In this document: positions 11,317 to 23,084 of the stretch, piece by piece
Layout of the letters: every line of letters begins with the position of its first letter
Position numbering within the stretch: the first letter of the stretch is position 1
Assembly (NCBI GenBank): GCA_004431415.1
Contig: QPMI01000010.1
Coordinates: 520,730 to 584,729, forward strand
From: Cyanophora paradoxa CCMP329
Lineage: Eukaryota; Plantae; Glaucophyta
DNA: 64,000 nucleotides
Direction of reading: 5' to 3'
Translations under genes and position numbers: made by a program
Notes under the pieces: generated by a model
Databases searched by the model: none
Seen by the model: only the letters and a program-made list of their open reading frames with translations
Told to the model about the DNA's origin: nothing

Positions 11317-14092
11317 TCAGTGGCCCGGGAAGTCGTCCTCGGGGCTGAGTACCGGCGGCATGTCATCGTACGGCGAGTTGGCGACGGCCGAGGCCTGCGA
11401 CGGCGGCGGCGAGCCCGGGGCGGCCGAGCCCTGCGTGGCGAGGGCCGCCGAGCGCGCCGAGGCGAGCGAGGCCTGCGAGGGTGCCGGCTCCAGCTCCATG
11501 TCGAAGACGCCGCCCTCCACGGCGACGGCGGCGGGGACGACGGGCGGCGAGGCCGGGATCGCGCGGGCCTGCTGCGTGGCGGGGACCTGAGCCGAGAAGT
11601 TCTCGAGCCGCCACTCGCGGCAGCCCGGGCACTCACCTGGACGAGGGGCTCGCGGTTGGCGACGGGCGGCGTCGGCAGGGCCTGCGTGGGGGCGTCACTT
11701 ACAGAAGCCGAAGGCGCCGGCCTTGTGGGGCGGGGCGTCGGGGTCGCGGGGAGTGCTATAGGCCTCCGAGCCCTCCGATTCAGAGTCACTCACCGGGCTG
11801 AGAGGGTGGGTGAGAAGAGGCCGAGGCGGGCCTTCTTGGCGGGCAGGAGGTGGAGCCGTTGAGGGCGCAATCGGCGCGGTGGGCACACCTCTCTCCGTAG
11901 GTGGGCAGAGGGCCGGGGCCGAGGGCGCCGGAGCCAAGGACGCCGGAGCCGAGGACGCCGGGGCTGGAGGAGGCGGTGAGAGGGGCCGAGGAGGAGAGGA
12001 AGGGGAAGGGCGCGGGCACCGGCGCCTCGACGTCCCAGCCCGCCAGCTCGGGAGGCCGTGCTCGTCGAACGCCAGCGCGGGCCGCCCGCTGAAGCCGAAC
12101 GGGGCGGGGGCGAGAGCGCGTTGTCCCCGACGCCCCAGACGGCGCTGAACGCCGCATCGTCCCAGCGCGCCTCCGCCTCCGCCTGGCCCTCGTCCCTTGC
12201 CTCGTCCACCTCCTTGGCGGAGAGCGACCCGATCTTGATGATGGAGGCCTGGATCAGCACAAACTCGCGCTGGAAGAATTGGACGAGCGGGATGGTAACT
12301 GCGGGAGAGGGGGTGAGCGGGGAGAGCGCGGGGCGCAGGCCAAGGGCGGGGGCGCAGGCTAAGGGCGGGGCGGACGCACATTCGATGCCGTAGGCCACCT
12401 CCTTGATGTAGCGGCCCCGGCGGCCGATCTCCTTGGCCAGCATGCTGCACTCCTTGCGCGCCGGGTGGCCGTGGCCCCACTCCATGGCGATCATCGCCTT
12501 CGCCAGACGGACGCCCTCGATGTGCCACTCGTCCATTAGCGCCTCCAGATTGGCGCAGATGCGCATCCAGAAGAAGACGCGCTTGAGCTTGTCGCGGTCG
12601 AATTCGGCGTCGCCGCTCTTGCTGCCCCAGTCGCGCAGGTCCGTCTCCTCCGCCTTCTTCACCTTCTCGTACCAGCACTTGATCTTCTCCGCCTGGCGCT
12701 GGAACTCGTCCGCCCGCGCCGTGAGAACGTCCGACTCCTCCTGCGCTCCGAGGGCCCGGGTCAGGGAGGAGAGGCGGGCTAAGCGGGGCGGCGGCGGACC
12801 GTGTGCGAGAGCTCGCCGACGATCACGGAGATGGCCGCCGAGAGGATCTCACGGGCGCGGGCCGGCCCGTTTGGGTGGCCCTCGCGCAGAACCTCCTCCA
12901 GCTTCAGCACGGCCGCCCGCGCGAGATCGCGGTGGCGCTGGCGGGTCTCGTCGCTCCGGCCCTGATCCACGAGAAGCTGGAGCTGGGGCCGCATGCCGGA
13001 GTCGCAGACGCTGGCGTACTTCCGAAGGGCCGCGCAGGAGAGCACCTTCTGCACGCTGACCAGCCAGTACGCGTAGCCCAGCGGGCTCTCCGCGCTCGGG
13101 TTCTCTCCGACCTGCGGACGCGACCTTAGCGCGCGCAGGGGCAGGGGAAAGGGGAAAGGGCGGGCTCTCGCGCACGTAAATGTCATCGGCGCAGGAGAGG
13201 AACATGTGATCAACGACGTCGAAGAAGCCGCCGGACGGGAGCGTGCCGACGCCGTGGTACGCGCCGTTGGTGGTCTCGCCGGCGCAGATGCCGGCCTGGA
13301 CGGTGACGGTGTACTGCGAGGCCGGCGGCCCCTCCTTCACGTAGACGAAGTTGAGGTCGTACTTCTTGGCGTACGTCGGGTTGATGCGCTTGGTGACGAT
13401 GACGTAATCGCACCGAACGCCGAGCCGGACGGGCTGGCCTTCTCCTTCTCCGTCACCGACGCCAGGCACTGATCCCGCGCGATCAAGAGCTGCGGCGGCC
13501 CGCGCGTGAGCAAGCGCGGGCACGCGAGCGCAGGGAAGGGCCCTCACCCCGTGGGCGCCGCCGCTGCCGGATTTGAGGTCCGCGAGGAACTCCTTCTGCT
13601 CCGGAGTGCCGGAGAAGATCGCGCGCGGATGGAAATCGCGATGGAGCGCGATGCTGTTGAAGCAGCCCGCCGCCGCATTGTCGGACATCAGCAACAGCGC
13701 CACATCGCCGTGCGTGAAGCCGTACTTCGCCTTCACATACTCCGGCAGCTCGTGAATGCTGTGAGGCACGATCTGCGCGCGGGGCACGCGAGCCGGGGCA
13801 TGTGAGCCGGGGCCGAAGCGGTGCGGGCGAAACCGCGAACCTCGTTGAACTTATTAACCGGCGTGAACTGGCCCTTGGTCTTCAAGCGCTTCGGGTGGCC
13901 GTCCGTGTTCTGGATCTTCTTCAGCCCGCCGAACGGCTCGAAGCGCGGCACGCCGGCCGAGTTGAACACGCTATCGTAGGTCATCGCGTTGAGCGCCTCC
14001 TCCGCCGATAGGCTGCCGAGATCGCGGGCTATGCTGTCCTGCTCGCCGGGCTGCTGCTGCTTCGCGCAGGAGCGGAAGGTCGCCGCCTGCAT
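11317..14092 (-). CDS. Spliced gene of unknown function inside the viral element
   Basis: Coding segments (13733..14092, 12849..13787, 12779..13213, 11790..12662, 11317..11520) are separated by short GT..CAG introns with C-rich interiors. Confidence 0.6.
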
Positions 14093-14421
14093 GGTGCGGC
14101 TGACGGGTTCAAGGAACTACGTGCGCAGCTGTTAGTGCCCGCGGGGTTCACAACAACGTCTCAACGGATTCCGTTCACGGTTTATTCCCCCGTTGACTTC
14201 TTCCCCCCCCTAACTCGCGAAGACTCAGACTTGAAGCGCGCTTCTCCCCCCGTCCGCGTCGCGTACCCCCCCAGGCTGCAACCCCCCATCGGTTTCTCGC
14301 TTTTTCTCCCTGGCGATGCAATGCAAGCCGCTCGTTCAAACCAGCTGGAAACTTGGCGCCAAAGCCTTCGCAGCCCGCGCGCAGCACTCGCAGCAGCGGC
14401 GGCGGCAGCAGCGGCGGCAGC

Positions 14422-17400
14422 ATGTCTCGGCTCGCGCTCCCTCCGGAGATCCCGGCTAAGCTGGCGAGGAACACGCTGTACGACGTTCTCTGCGTCGGCG
14501 ACAGCTTCTGCATCGATTGGACGGTTTTCGAGGCCGGCATCAGCGACCAGGCGAAGGAGGCGCAGGCCCGGGCGCTGGAGGATGGCATGCAGTTCAGCCC
14601 GAACAGCAAGGATGTGCTGCGCAAGACCGAGCTGGCCGAGCGCAAGCGCAAGCTGGCCGCGGCGCAGACTTTGAACGCCGAGGGTGCCCCCGGCCCGTCG
14701 GTGCAGTTCTCCATCGACTCCGTCCTGTCGCGGCTGCGGCTCGCGGAGGTGCTCGCTGCCTCTTTCTCTCTGCGCTCGCAGCGGCTGAGGCGCCACGGCG
14801 CATCGCAGGACGCGGACGTGCGGGCGATGCACGCGGCGCTGAACATGACGGAGGAGAACTTCGACACGCCGAGCAAGCCGAAGCCCGGGCGCGATGCCGA
14901 CGCCCGCCGGCTGTTCGCGGCGCAGCGCCTGCGGCTGCTCATGGGCGCCGTGCCCCGGCACATCGCCAAGGGCGAGTGGCGCACGATTGGCCTGCTGACG
15001 GGCCCGGAGGAGTTCTACTTCAACCGCATGGCGGAGGCGGCCGGGCACCTGCTCTGGCTGCTGGTGCTCAGCTCCGACCCGGCCTACAAGCCCGAGGTGC
15101 GCCCCAGCCGCCCGTGCAGCCGCGGCCGCCCCTCCCCGCCGACCCCCGCCGGCCCGCAGATGCTGGCGAAGGGCATCATGGGCATCGAGGTGCGCTGCAT
15201 CAAGCAGAACAGCCGCGACTTCATCACGCGCCACGAGAGCTCGGCGGTCTGGGGCGAGCGGCCGGACACCGGCGTCCTCACCGACGCCTACGCCATCCGC
15301 ATCGTGCTGGAGGCGGCCTGCCGGACGTGCCGGGACCGCCACGGGCGCCAGGGCATCTGCGCCTTCGACCTGGTTCCGGAGTTCGAGGTGCCCGGCGTCA
15401 CCATCGGCGACCGCGTGCAGGTGCGCCGTTTCTATTTGGATGCTATTTAGATGCTATTTAGACTATTTAGATGCCATTTAAACCCCCTCGCAGGTCATCC
15501 GGCGGTGCTCGATGCCGGACTCGCACGGGCGCCCCATGATCCACGGCGCCGTGAAGTACGTGGTGCCGCGGCGCACCCTCGCCCTCGCCTTCTTCGTCCC
15601 CGTCTTCGACAAGGCGGCCGCCGCCGCCGCCGCCGCCGCCTCCCGCCCCGCCCCATGCTCGCGGCCACGGAGTCCTCGGATTCCGGCTCGGATTCCGAGG
15701 AGGAGCGCGACGCCGAGGCCGCCGCCGCGGCCCGGGCGCTGGACTTCACGGAGGAGGAGCTCGAGCGGGCGCGGAGCCTGCCGCGCGCCGGCCGGGAGAT
15801 GACCGCCGTCTTCAAGGCGGCGATCGGCGAGGCGACGGCCTCCGCCTCCGGCGACGGGGCCGGAGTTAGCAAGATCACGGCGGAGGGCCTCGCGCGCGCC
15901 ATGCGCGTGGCCCAGGCCCAGGCCCAGGCGAAGGGCAAGGGCAAGGGCAAGGTCGCCTACATCAACCTCAAGTTCGAGAAGGAGGACGTGCCCGCCCGGC
16001 GGCGCGGCGCGATCTCGGCGAGCAGATGGAGGCGGCGGCCCCAAGGCGGCCGGCCCCGAGCCGGCCGGTGCGCCCTCCCCACCCCAAAATTCTGAGCCTA
16101 GGGCGTTCCGGCGCCGCAAAGGAATGACCCTGCCCACAGAGGAGGAGCTGGAGGCCGAGCGCGAGATGGAGGAGGAGGCCGCGCTGGCGGCGGCGGCGGA
16201 CGCGAAGGCGGCGCGCGAGCTGGAGGTGGCGGAGGAGTACGCGATGGAGCTGGAGCGCGAGCGCGAGCGCGAGGGCGAGGCCGACGCCGAGCTGGCGGCG
16301 GCGGCGGAGGCGGCGGACACCTTCGTCCCCGGGCCCCCCATCGACGAGTTCTACCCCCTCCCGCCCTCCCCCTCCCTCGAGGGCGCCCCGCCGCCGCGCT
16401 TTGAGGAGTTCTCGGACGACGAGCCCGGCGACGCCGGCCCCAGGCCGCCCCTCGCCTCGCCCCGCCGCCCGCCCGCCCCCGTGCCCCCCGCCAGCCCCGC
16501 CGCCTCCGACGTCTCCTGGCGCCCGAGCGGCAACCTCTCGGCGTTCAGGGACTTCAGCCCGGTGCGCCTCTCGCAGCTCCCGCCGCCGGCCACCCCCTCG
16601 GTCGCCGGCACGCCCCGCGCCCGCATGCCCCCTCCGCCCCCTCCGGCCCCTCCGGCCCCTCCGGCCCTCCGGCCCCTCCGGCCCCTCCGGCCGCCCGCGC
16701 CGCCCGCGCCGCGCCCCGCTCCCGCCGGGCCCAGCAGCGCAAGGAGCGCGAGCGGCAGGAGCGGCAGCGGCGGCGGCGGGAGGCGGGGGCGGAGGAGGAC
16801 TACGACGAGGGCCTGGAGACGGCGAGCGACGACGAGCCGCCGCGCGCGAACAAGCTGGAGCTGGCGCGGGCGGAGCTGGCGGCGACGGTCATCCCGGCGC
16901 CGGAGATCGACACGCGCCGGTACGAACGAGTGACGATGCACAAGGACGAGAACGCCGCGCGCAAGAAGGCCGCCATCCAGGACTCGCTGCGCGTCTGGGT
17001 CCCTGCGTCGGTGCGCCCCTTTGACTGCGCGCCCGCCCCCTTAGAGGCCGGAGGCGGCCGTGGCCCAGCTGCTTAAGGCGCTGGCCGCCTCCGGCCGGTG
17101 CGCCCCCCTCCCCTCGATCGAGCCCCGCTAACGCCCTTTTTGCCTGCGCCCCGCAGGGAATCGTGCGCCGGAAGCCGATATCCCGGAAGGATGACCCCGT
17201 CTTCATGCAGAAGCTGCCGGGCTGCTTCGTCTACGAGAAGGTCACCGCGACGGAGTTCGACGGCGACGGGTCGATGGACGAGGTCATCTCGAAGCTGGCG
17301 ATGGCCTTCCACGCTACGTACGGCGACAGGCCCGAGTCGTTCGAGTTCACCTTCTCCAAGGAGGTGCTCACGGGGGAGACCCGCCGATTCGTGGAGAAGT

Positions 17401-19778
17401 CCCTCCTGCTCCAAAACGTCTGCCCCGAGCTGCCCGTCATCCCGGGCCATCCCTTCGCCTGCGACTCCCGTGCGCCCCGTACCCCCCCTCCCCGCCCCGT
17501 ACCCCCCTGACGCCCTCCCTTGTGCAGATTTCGTGGTGCGGACGCCGCAGGACAAGAACGGCGACGCCTGCGTCCTCATCATGACGCACGAGGAGGCGGA
17601 GAAGCGGTACAAGGGCTACATGAACACCTGCTACATCCAGGGCCGCCTGCCGGCCGGCATCGAGGAGGCGGCGGCGAACGTCGACTTCCCGCGCGTCCTC
17701 TCCATGCTCATCGGCTACATGCCCAAGTGCGCCCAGCACCTGGCGGACAACGGCTACGTGACGCCGGACGAGCTCGGCTACGCGGCGGCCGTCCTCTACG
17801 CCTTCAACACCGTCGGGCCGTGGCACTTCTGCGACAAGGAGGTCTTCGACAAGGCGCCGCGCGCGGAGTTCGAGTCGCCGGCGGAGGGCTCCCAGCTGCA
17901 GTACTGCGGCATCATCAAGGGCCAGTCTGGCACCGGTGCGCCCCCTTCCTTTCCTTTCCTTTTCCTTTTCTCTCTGACGCCGCGGCCGCGCGCGCAGGCA
18001 AGTCGACGGTGACGGCGATCATGGGCGAGAGCATGGCGACCGGCCAGGTCTGCGTCTACCGCCCCTGCAGGGGCTCGGCCTTCTCGGAGCACGGCGGCGA
18101 GGAGGCGCTCTGCATGGTCATGGCGGAGGGCCTCGACCTGAAGGCCTGCACGGAGGAGGAGCTCAAGATGCGCTCGGGCGACGCCTACGCTCGCAACTTC
18201 AAGTTCGCGAAGGGCAACGACAAGCGCTGCAAGCCCCTGCGCAAGACGCTCGTGATCGTCTGCAACGGCTTCCCGCAGGTTCGCCCCCTCCCTTTCTTTC
18301 CTTTTCCTTTCCTTTCCTTTCTCACCCCTCCCGCGCGCAGCTGGAGAACCGCATGCTGGAGTTCTTCTCGCGCTTTGTCCTCATCACGCTCGACCACAAG
18401 CCGCTCAAGAAGCGCACCCACCTCCAGGCCGACATCCGCGAGAACGAGCTGCCGGCGCTGAACGTGGTGGCCTACACCTACGCCTGGAAGATCATCCACG
18501 CGCTCTCCGACGGCGAGGCGACGTGCATCCAGGCCTTCGAGCCGGTGTGGCTGCGGGAGAAGCGCCTCGCCTTCTGGCAGGAGACGGCCTCCTGCTCCCT
18601 CACCCGCTTCATCATCACCCACTGCGTCGTCGACCCCACCACCTTCCTCGTCGGCTCGGCGACGGAGGGCGGCATGACGAGCGTGGCGGGCATCTGCGCG
18701 TACATCTCGCGCACCGAGGGCCCGGACGCCTCCGCCGCCCTCGCCGCCGACATCGAGAACGGCGCGCTGGACGAGACCATCGCCGCCTTCGGCCCCAAGT
18801 GCCGCCTCTTCTCCTACAAGGCCGGCGGCGTCTGGGAGACCTACATCCGCGGCATCGTCCCCAAGGCCCCGCTCTCCCTCGGCCCGACGCAGCCGGCCCT
18901 GCAGGCCATCCGCTTCACCCTGCCGGCGGACCCGGAGAACGGCCCCTTCCCCGTCACGGCCTCGAACAGGGGCAAGGGCAAGCGCGCCCGCAACTCGGCC
19001 CCCGGCTTCGTCCCGCCCCCGCCCCCGTCGTTCGCCCCCGCCGCCCAGCAGCACGCCGGCCAGCAGCGCATCGACGAGATGCTGCTGCGCCAGGTCCGGC
19101 CCCGCACCCGCGCCCTCCCCGTACCCCCCTTTCCCCCGCCCCCCTCCTGACCCTCGGGCCAGGGCGAGGGCGCCTCCCCGCGGGCAGCTTCCGCAGCAGC
19201 CCCGTGGACGGCGGCGCCGGCCCCAGCGGCTACGGCAGCTCGGGCTCGCGCTCGGCCTCGGGCTCGCGCGCGCGCTCGGCCTCGGCCGCCCCTCCAGCAG
19301 CGCCGGCCCCAGCCCCGTCCCCTTCTCCCTCGCCGACCGCAGCCCCGTCCCCGCCGCCTTCGCCGCGCCCGTCCCCGGCCCCGGCGCCGTCCTCTCCGCG
19401 ATCCAGGGCTTCGGGGCCCAGCAGGAGGCCGAGCGGCAGGCGCTGGCGGCGCGCCAGGCGCGCGAGGCGGAGGCGCGGCGCCAGGGCCTCTGGGCCCAGC
19501 GCCTCCAGCGCACCCTCGCCTTCCGCGCCGAGCTGGAGGCGGGCTTCCGCGCCGGCCAGATCTCCGGCGCGGAGGCCTCGGAGACTTGGCGGGCGTTCGA
19601 GGCGGAGACGGCGGGGCTGGCGAAGACCCTCGCCCAGCCCTACCGGCGCGTGGCCGTCCCGCAGTCCTACGCGCGGCGGGCGACGCTGGAGGCCTCGCGC
19701 GCGGAGATCGACGCGGCGGAGGACGTGGTGGCGGCGACGGAGGCCCACGCCCAGACCTTCCGCCACCTCCACCACTGA
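14422..19778 (+). CDS. Spliced viral replication protein with SF3 (D5-like) helicase domain; N-terminal part of unknown function, could be a separate gene
   Basis: Walker A GQSGTG|KST is split by intron 17936-17997. Walker B-like CMVMAEG, motif C IVCN, and an arginine finger-like FSRF follows intron 18279-18340. Apparent frameshifts lie in low-complexity tracts. Confidence 0.75.
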
Positions 19779-19827
19779 GCTCTCCGAGGCGGTATTTTTT
19801 CTCAACCCCTTCCAATTCGGTCCCGCG

Positions 19828-20019
19828 ATGGCCCTCGCTGACAGCTATCCCCCGCATTACTCGCTAGGAGCCCTCGCCGCGACCCTCACCTGGCTCCTCG
19901 GCGGCACGCCCACCGCCTCGGCCGTCATCGGCGTGGGCTTCGGCTACGCCGCCAAGACCCTCTACGCCCCCGGCTCCTACTCGCAGGCGACGGCCGGCAT
20001 GCGCCCCGCCGGGCGTTAA
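19828..20019 (+). CDS. Small hydrophobic viral protein
   Basis: MALADSYPP...LGALAATLTWLLGG...; ATTTTTTCT motif upstream. Confidence 0.55.
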   Translation: MALADSYPPHYSLGALAATLTWLLGGTPTASAVIGVGFGYAAKTLYAPGSYSQATAGMRPAGR

Positions 20020-20123
20020 CTCTCCCTTTTCAAACGTTCATTCCCCCCTTTCCCTTTTCCAAGTTGCTCAAGTCCGTCGACGTTCCCTTTTAAATTTTCT
20101 TCATTCACGTTACACGTCTGAAC

Positions 20124-20594
20124 ATGCCGAACGCCGTAGAGAAGCTGTTGTGTACGGTGTTCAAATCGGACTCACGCTGCAGCAAGATCGGCGAGGCTGC
20201 CAAGGGGGGCGGGGCGGAGGGGCCTAGGATCAAGGCGGCGGACCCGGCGCCGCCCGCGCTGAAGTCGATTAGGGCGGCGGGCAAGGGAAGGGGCATCGGG
20301 GCGCTGTCCCTCGTGGCGATCGCCCCGGGCCAGCGCGAGGCGGCGCACGCGGCGAAGGCGGCGCTGGCCTCGCAGAGGCAGGCGGAGGCCTACCCGCGCC
20401 TGGGCGAGGGCCTGCACCCGCCCGGCGGCCGCGCGTACGACGTGAGCGCCTACTTCGACAACGCCAACGGGCTGAGCCGCCAGGAGATCTGGGCCTGGGA
20501 GGCGCGGCGCGCGGTCGACGGGCACCTGCCGCTGCTCGTGGCGGTGGGCGGCTCGCTCCTGATGGTCTGGTACCTGCGCGGCCTCGTGATTTAG
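20124..20594 (+). CDS. Viral protein with C-terminal TM helix
   Basis: 156-aa ORF ending LLVAVGGSLLMVWYL; AAATTTTCT upstream. Confidence 0.65.
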   Translation: MPNAVEKLLCTVFKSDSRCSKIGEAAKGGGAEGPRIKAADPAPPALKSIRAAGKGRGIGALSLVAIAPGQREAAHAAKAALASQRQAEAYPRLGEGLHPPGGRAYDVSAYFDNANGLSRQEIWAWEARRAVDGHLPLLVAVGGSLLMVWYLRGLVI

Positions 20595-20620
20595 ATAGAT
20601 TTTCGAAGCGCTAGCTAAAG

Positions 20621-21022
20621 ATGGGCTGGGTGGACGGCGTGCTGACCAAGGTCTTCGGCCCGAAGAGCGCGCAGCCGCCGCCAAGCTTCAACCTGGCCGC
20701 GGCGATCAGCACGACGATCGAGCGCAAGAACAACGAGCTCATCCTAAAGAACGACGGCAAGCTTCCCTGGGCCGACGTGGCCGCGGGAGCGCTGGGCAGC
20801 ACGCTGACGGGAATCGATCGGACGGGCGCCGCGGGCGTGAAGGTCGGGCAGGCGGTTGCGGCCGTGCCGGAGCTTGCGATGAAGGGCTGGCACTACGCCA
20901 AGATCGCCGCCGGCGTCGCCGCGGTGCTCCTTGCAATCTGGCTCGCGTGGAAGCTGCGCGGCGCCTACCAGGGCGCGCGGCTGCAGAGCGCGCAGCTCGA
21001 CTATTTTCTAAAGGCTAGGTAA
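20621..21022 (+). CDS. Viral membrane protein
   Basis: TM segment IAAGVAAVLLAIWLAW; tightly packed with neighbours. Confidence 0.7.
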   Translation: MGWVDGVLTKVFGPKSAQPPPSFNLAAAISTTIERKNNELILKNDGKLPWADVAAGALGSTLTGIDRTGAAGVKVGQAVAAVPELAMKGWHYAKIAAGVAAVLLAIWLAWKLRGAYQGARLQSAQLDYFLKAR

Positions 21023-21034
21023 AGCGAGCGAACC

Positions 21035-21439
21035 ATGCCCCGCGGCGGCTCTTCCCCCCGTGTCTCCTTCGCTGAGAACGAAGTCGCCGCTACCCCCCTG
21101 GAGCCCGGCGTCAAGCTGGAGCGCGCGAACGCAGTCTCCATCAAGAAGGCCAAGCGTGCGCTGGTTCTAGAAGTCCCCAAGACCGCCTCGCAGTTCCTTC
21201 CCACGTCCGAGTACGACGGCACGGAGGATACGGAGAAGGTTGCATTCAACAAGCGCAAGACGTACAAGGCTATACGCGAGGGCCAGCTGCTGCCCACGGA
21301 CGCGGTTCCCGGGCTGCCGGGCACCACGGCCGGCGAGCTGCTCGTGCGCAACCTGCGCCTGCAGTACGTCTCCCGCCTCCGCCGCTCCAAGGCCAAGAAG
21401 GCGCGCCTGGACTCGGGCGATAGCAGCTCTAGCTCGTAG
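21035..21439 (+). CDS. Viral hypothetical protein
   Basis: 134-aa ORF with ATTTTCTA upstream. Confidence 0.7.
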   Translation: MPRGGSSPRVSFAENEVAATPLEPGVKLERANAVSIKKAKRALVLEVPKTASQFLPTSEYDGTEDTEKVAFNKRKTYKAIREGQLLPTDAVPGLPGTTAGELLVRNLRLQYVSRLRRSKAKKARLDSGDSSSSS

Positions 21440-21455
21440 GGCTCTGTACTCAATA

Positions 21456-21740
21456 CTACCAGTTCCTGTTCCTATCCCAGAGCACGACTCGGGTAAAGGG
21501 CACGGTCATAGCGAACATGAACTCGGCAAACTTGGCGAAGTTCATGAGGGTCCCTAGGCGCGGGTCCTCCCAGTAGATCGCTTCGCGCAGGGACTCGTAG
21601 ATGCGCATGAGGGAGCGCTCGTTCTCCGTCGCGAAGGCGTCGGAGGGCTCGTCGGGATCCGGATCCGAGAGCTCCGAGTACTCGTCCGAGCTGCCCGCGC
21701 TCTCGACGCCTGCGGCCGGGTCGGGCGAGGGGTCAGCCAT
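21456..21740 (-). CDS. Viral hypothetical acidic protein
   Basis: 94-aa ORF with upstream motif. Confidence 0.65.
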   Translation of the reverse strand: MADPSPDPAAGVESAGSSDEYSELSDPDPDEPSDAFATENERSLMRIYESLREAIYWEDPRLGTLMNFAKFAEFMFAMTVPFTRVVLWDRNRNW

Positions 21741-21766
21741 TCTTTGCTGGTAGAAGGGCTAGAAAA

Positions 21767-22108
21767 TCACGGCCGCCGGTACTCCATCGAGTCGCCGCGC
21801 CAGTACTTGTTGCCGGAGGCGAGCAGCTTCATCGGCTCGCCCGTCGAGTCGTGCGTCCAGGCCTCGCCCGTCCAGACGGCCGTGCCGCCGTCCTCCAGCT
21901 TGAGGCGGTGGCCCGCCTCGAGCCGATCGCCGTTGAGCATGCGGCCGGCCATGAGCGCCAGGTCCCACTCGGTGAGGCCGCGCTGCTCTTCGGCGGTGAG
22001 GCCGCGCTCGACGCGCTCGGGCTGGCGCGCCTCGCGCTCCATGCGGCTGAGGCCCACTAGGAAGAAGATGGGCAGCGCAAAGGCCATGAGATCTAGCAGG
22101 GCCTCCAT
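21767..22108 (-). CDS. Viral hypothetical protein with N-terminal TM
   Basis: 113-aa ORF with upstream motif. Confidence 0.65.
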   Translation of the reverse strand: MEALLDLMAFALPIFFLVGLSRMEREARQPERVERGLTAEEQRGLTEWDLALMAGRMLNGDRLEAGHRLKLEDGGTAVWTGEAWTHDSTGEPMKLLASGNKYWRGDSMEYRRP

Positions 22109-22129
22109 TGGGCAAGACTTAGGCGATGA

Positions 22130-22423
22130 TTAGAAAAGGTTCCGGGCCAGGCCCGAGAGCTGCGGGCCCAGGCGCCGGGCGGCGTAGTAGAGCGCGGCGG
22201 CCGCCGCTGCAAGGATCAGGAGGCGGGGCGGGCCGCGCGCGGGCTCCTCCAGGGTCAAGTCCACGGTCTCTGGCTCGCGCGCCGGCGTCGCCAGGATCTC
22301 GGGCTCGGAGCTGAGGGACTTGGGCCCGCGGCGGCGGCGCTGCTTGGGGGCCGAGGCGGCGGCGGCGGCGGAGAGAAGGTCCTCGGGCTCCTGCTTGATA
22401 CCTGCGCAGTCAGTAAAGTCCAT
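22130..22423 (-). CDS. Viral hypothetical protein
   Basis: 97-aa ORF with a hydrophobic C-terminus and upstream motif. Confidence 0.55.
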   Translation of the reverse strand: MDFTDCAGIKQEPEDLLSAAAAASAPKQRRRRGPKSLSSEPEILATPAREPETVDLTLEEPARGPPRLLILAAAAAALYYAARRLGPQLSGLARNLF

Positions 22424-22495
22424 GCTTGCTGGGTACCTCGGAAAATTGTGGGAGGTGCCCGGCGGCTGCGAACGTAGGATGGGGGGAGAAGTGAC

Positions 22496-22905
22496 GCGGA
22501 CGCGAATACGTCATAGTCGAATACGTCATAGTCCAAAACCTGGACTCGGGACTTGGCCCGGGCCCTGGGGAGGGGGGTACATGTTATGTCCAAATGTCCA
22601 AATGTCCAAATGTCCAAATGTCCAAATGTCCAAATGTCCAAATGTCCAAATGTCCAAATGTCCAATTGAAAGGTTGCGGAGGTTGCGGACGCGTCACAAA
22701 TACGTCATAGTCGAATACGTCATAGTCCAAAACCTGGACTCGGGACTTGGCCCGGGCCCTGGGGAGGGGGGTACATGTTATGTCCAAATGTCCAAATGTC
22801 CAAATGTCCAATTGAAAGGTTGCGGAGGTTGCGGACGCGTCACAAATACGTCATAGTCGAATACGTCATAGTCCAAAACCTGGACTTGGGACCTGGGCCC
22901 AGACT
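22496..22905. repeat. Compound direct repeat (194-bp, 146-bp and a partial unit) with an internal TGTCCAAA 8-mer array
   Basis: Units start AATACGTCATAGTCG AATACGTCATAGTCC at 22505, 22699 and 22845. The 8-mer occurs 10x in unit 1 and 4x in unit 2. An AT-rich tract follows to ~23050. Confidence 0.95.
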
Positions 22906-23084
22906 CTCGCCAAGTTTCAAATAATAATACTGTACCCCTATTATAATAATACTTAGTATAATAATAATACTATTGCATTCATTGCTTTTGAATGTAGTTA
23001 ATGTCATAGCAACTTGAACATGATGTCATGATGATTTCAAGTTAAATACCAGGGTAGTGTGTTTTTGTTCAAGTCTCTTTTTTT

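Noticed and set aside
22496-22905. CRISPR-like array or coding repeat (DIWTFGHL)n
   Set aside because: No unique spacers and no cas genes; the peptide is just translation of the 8-mer array.
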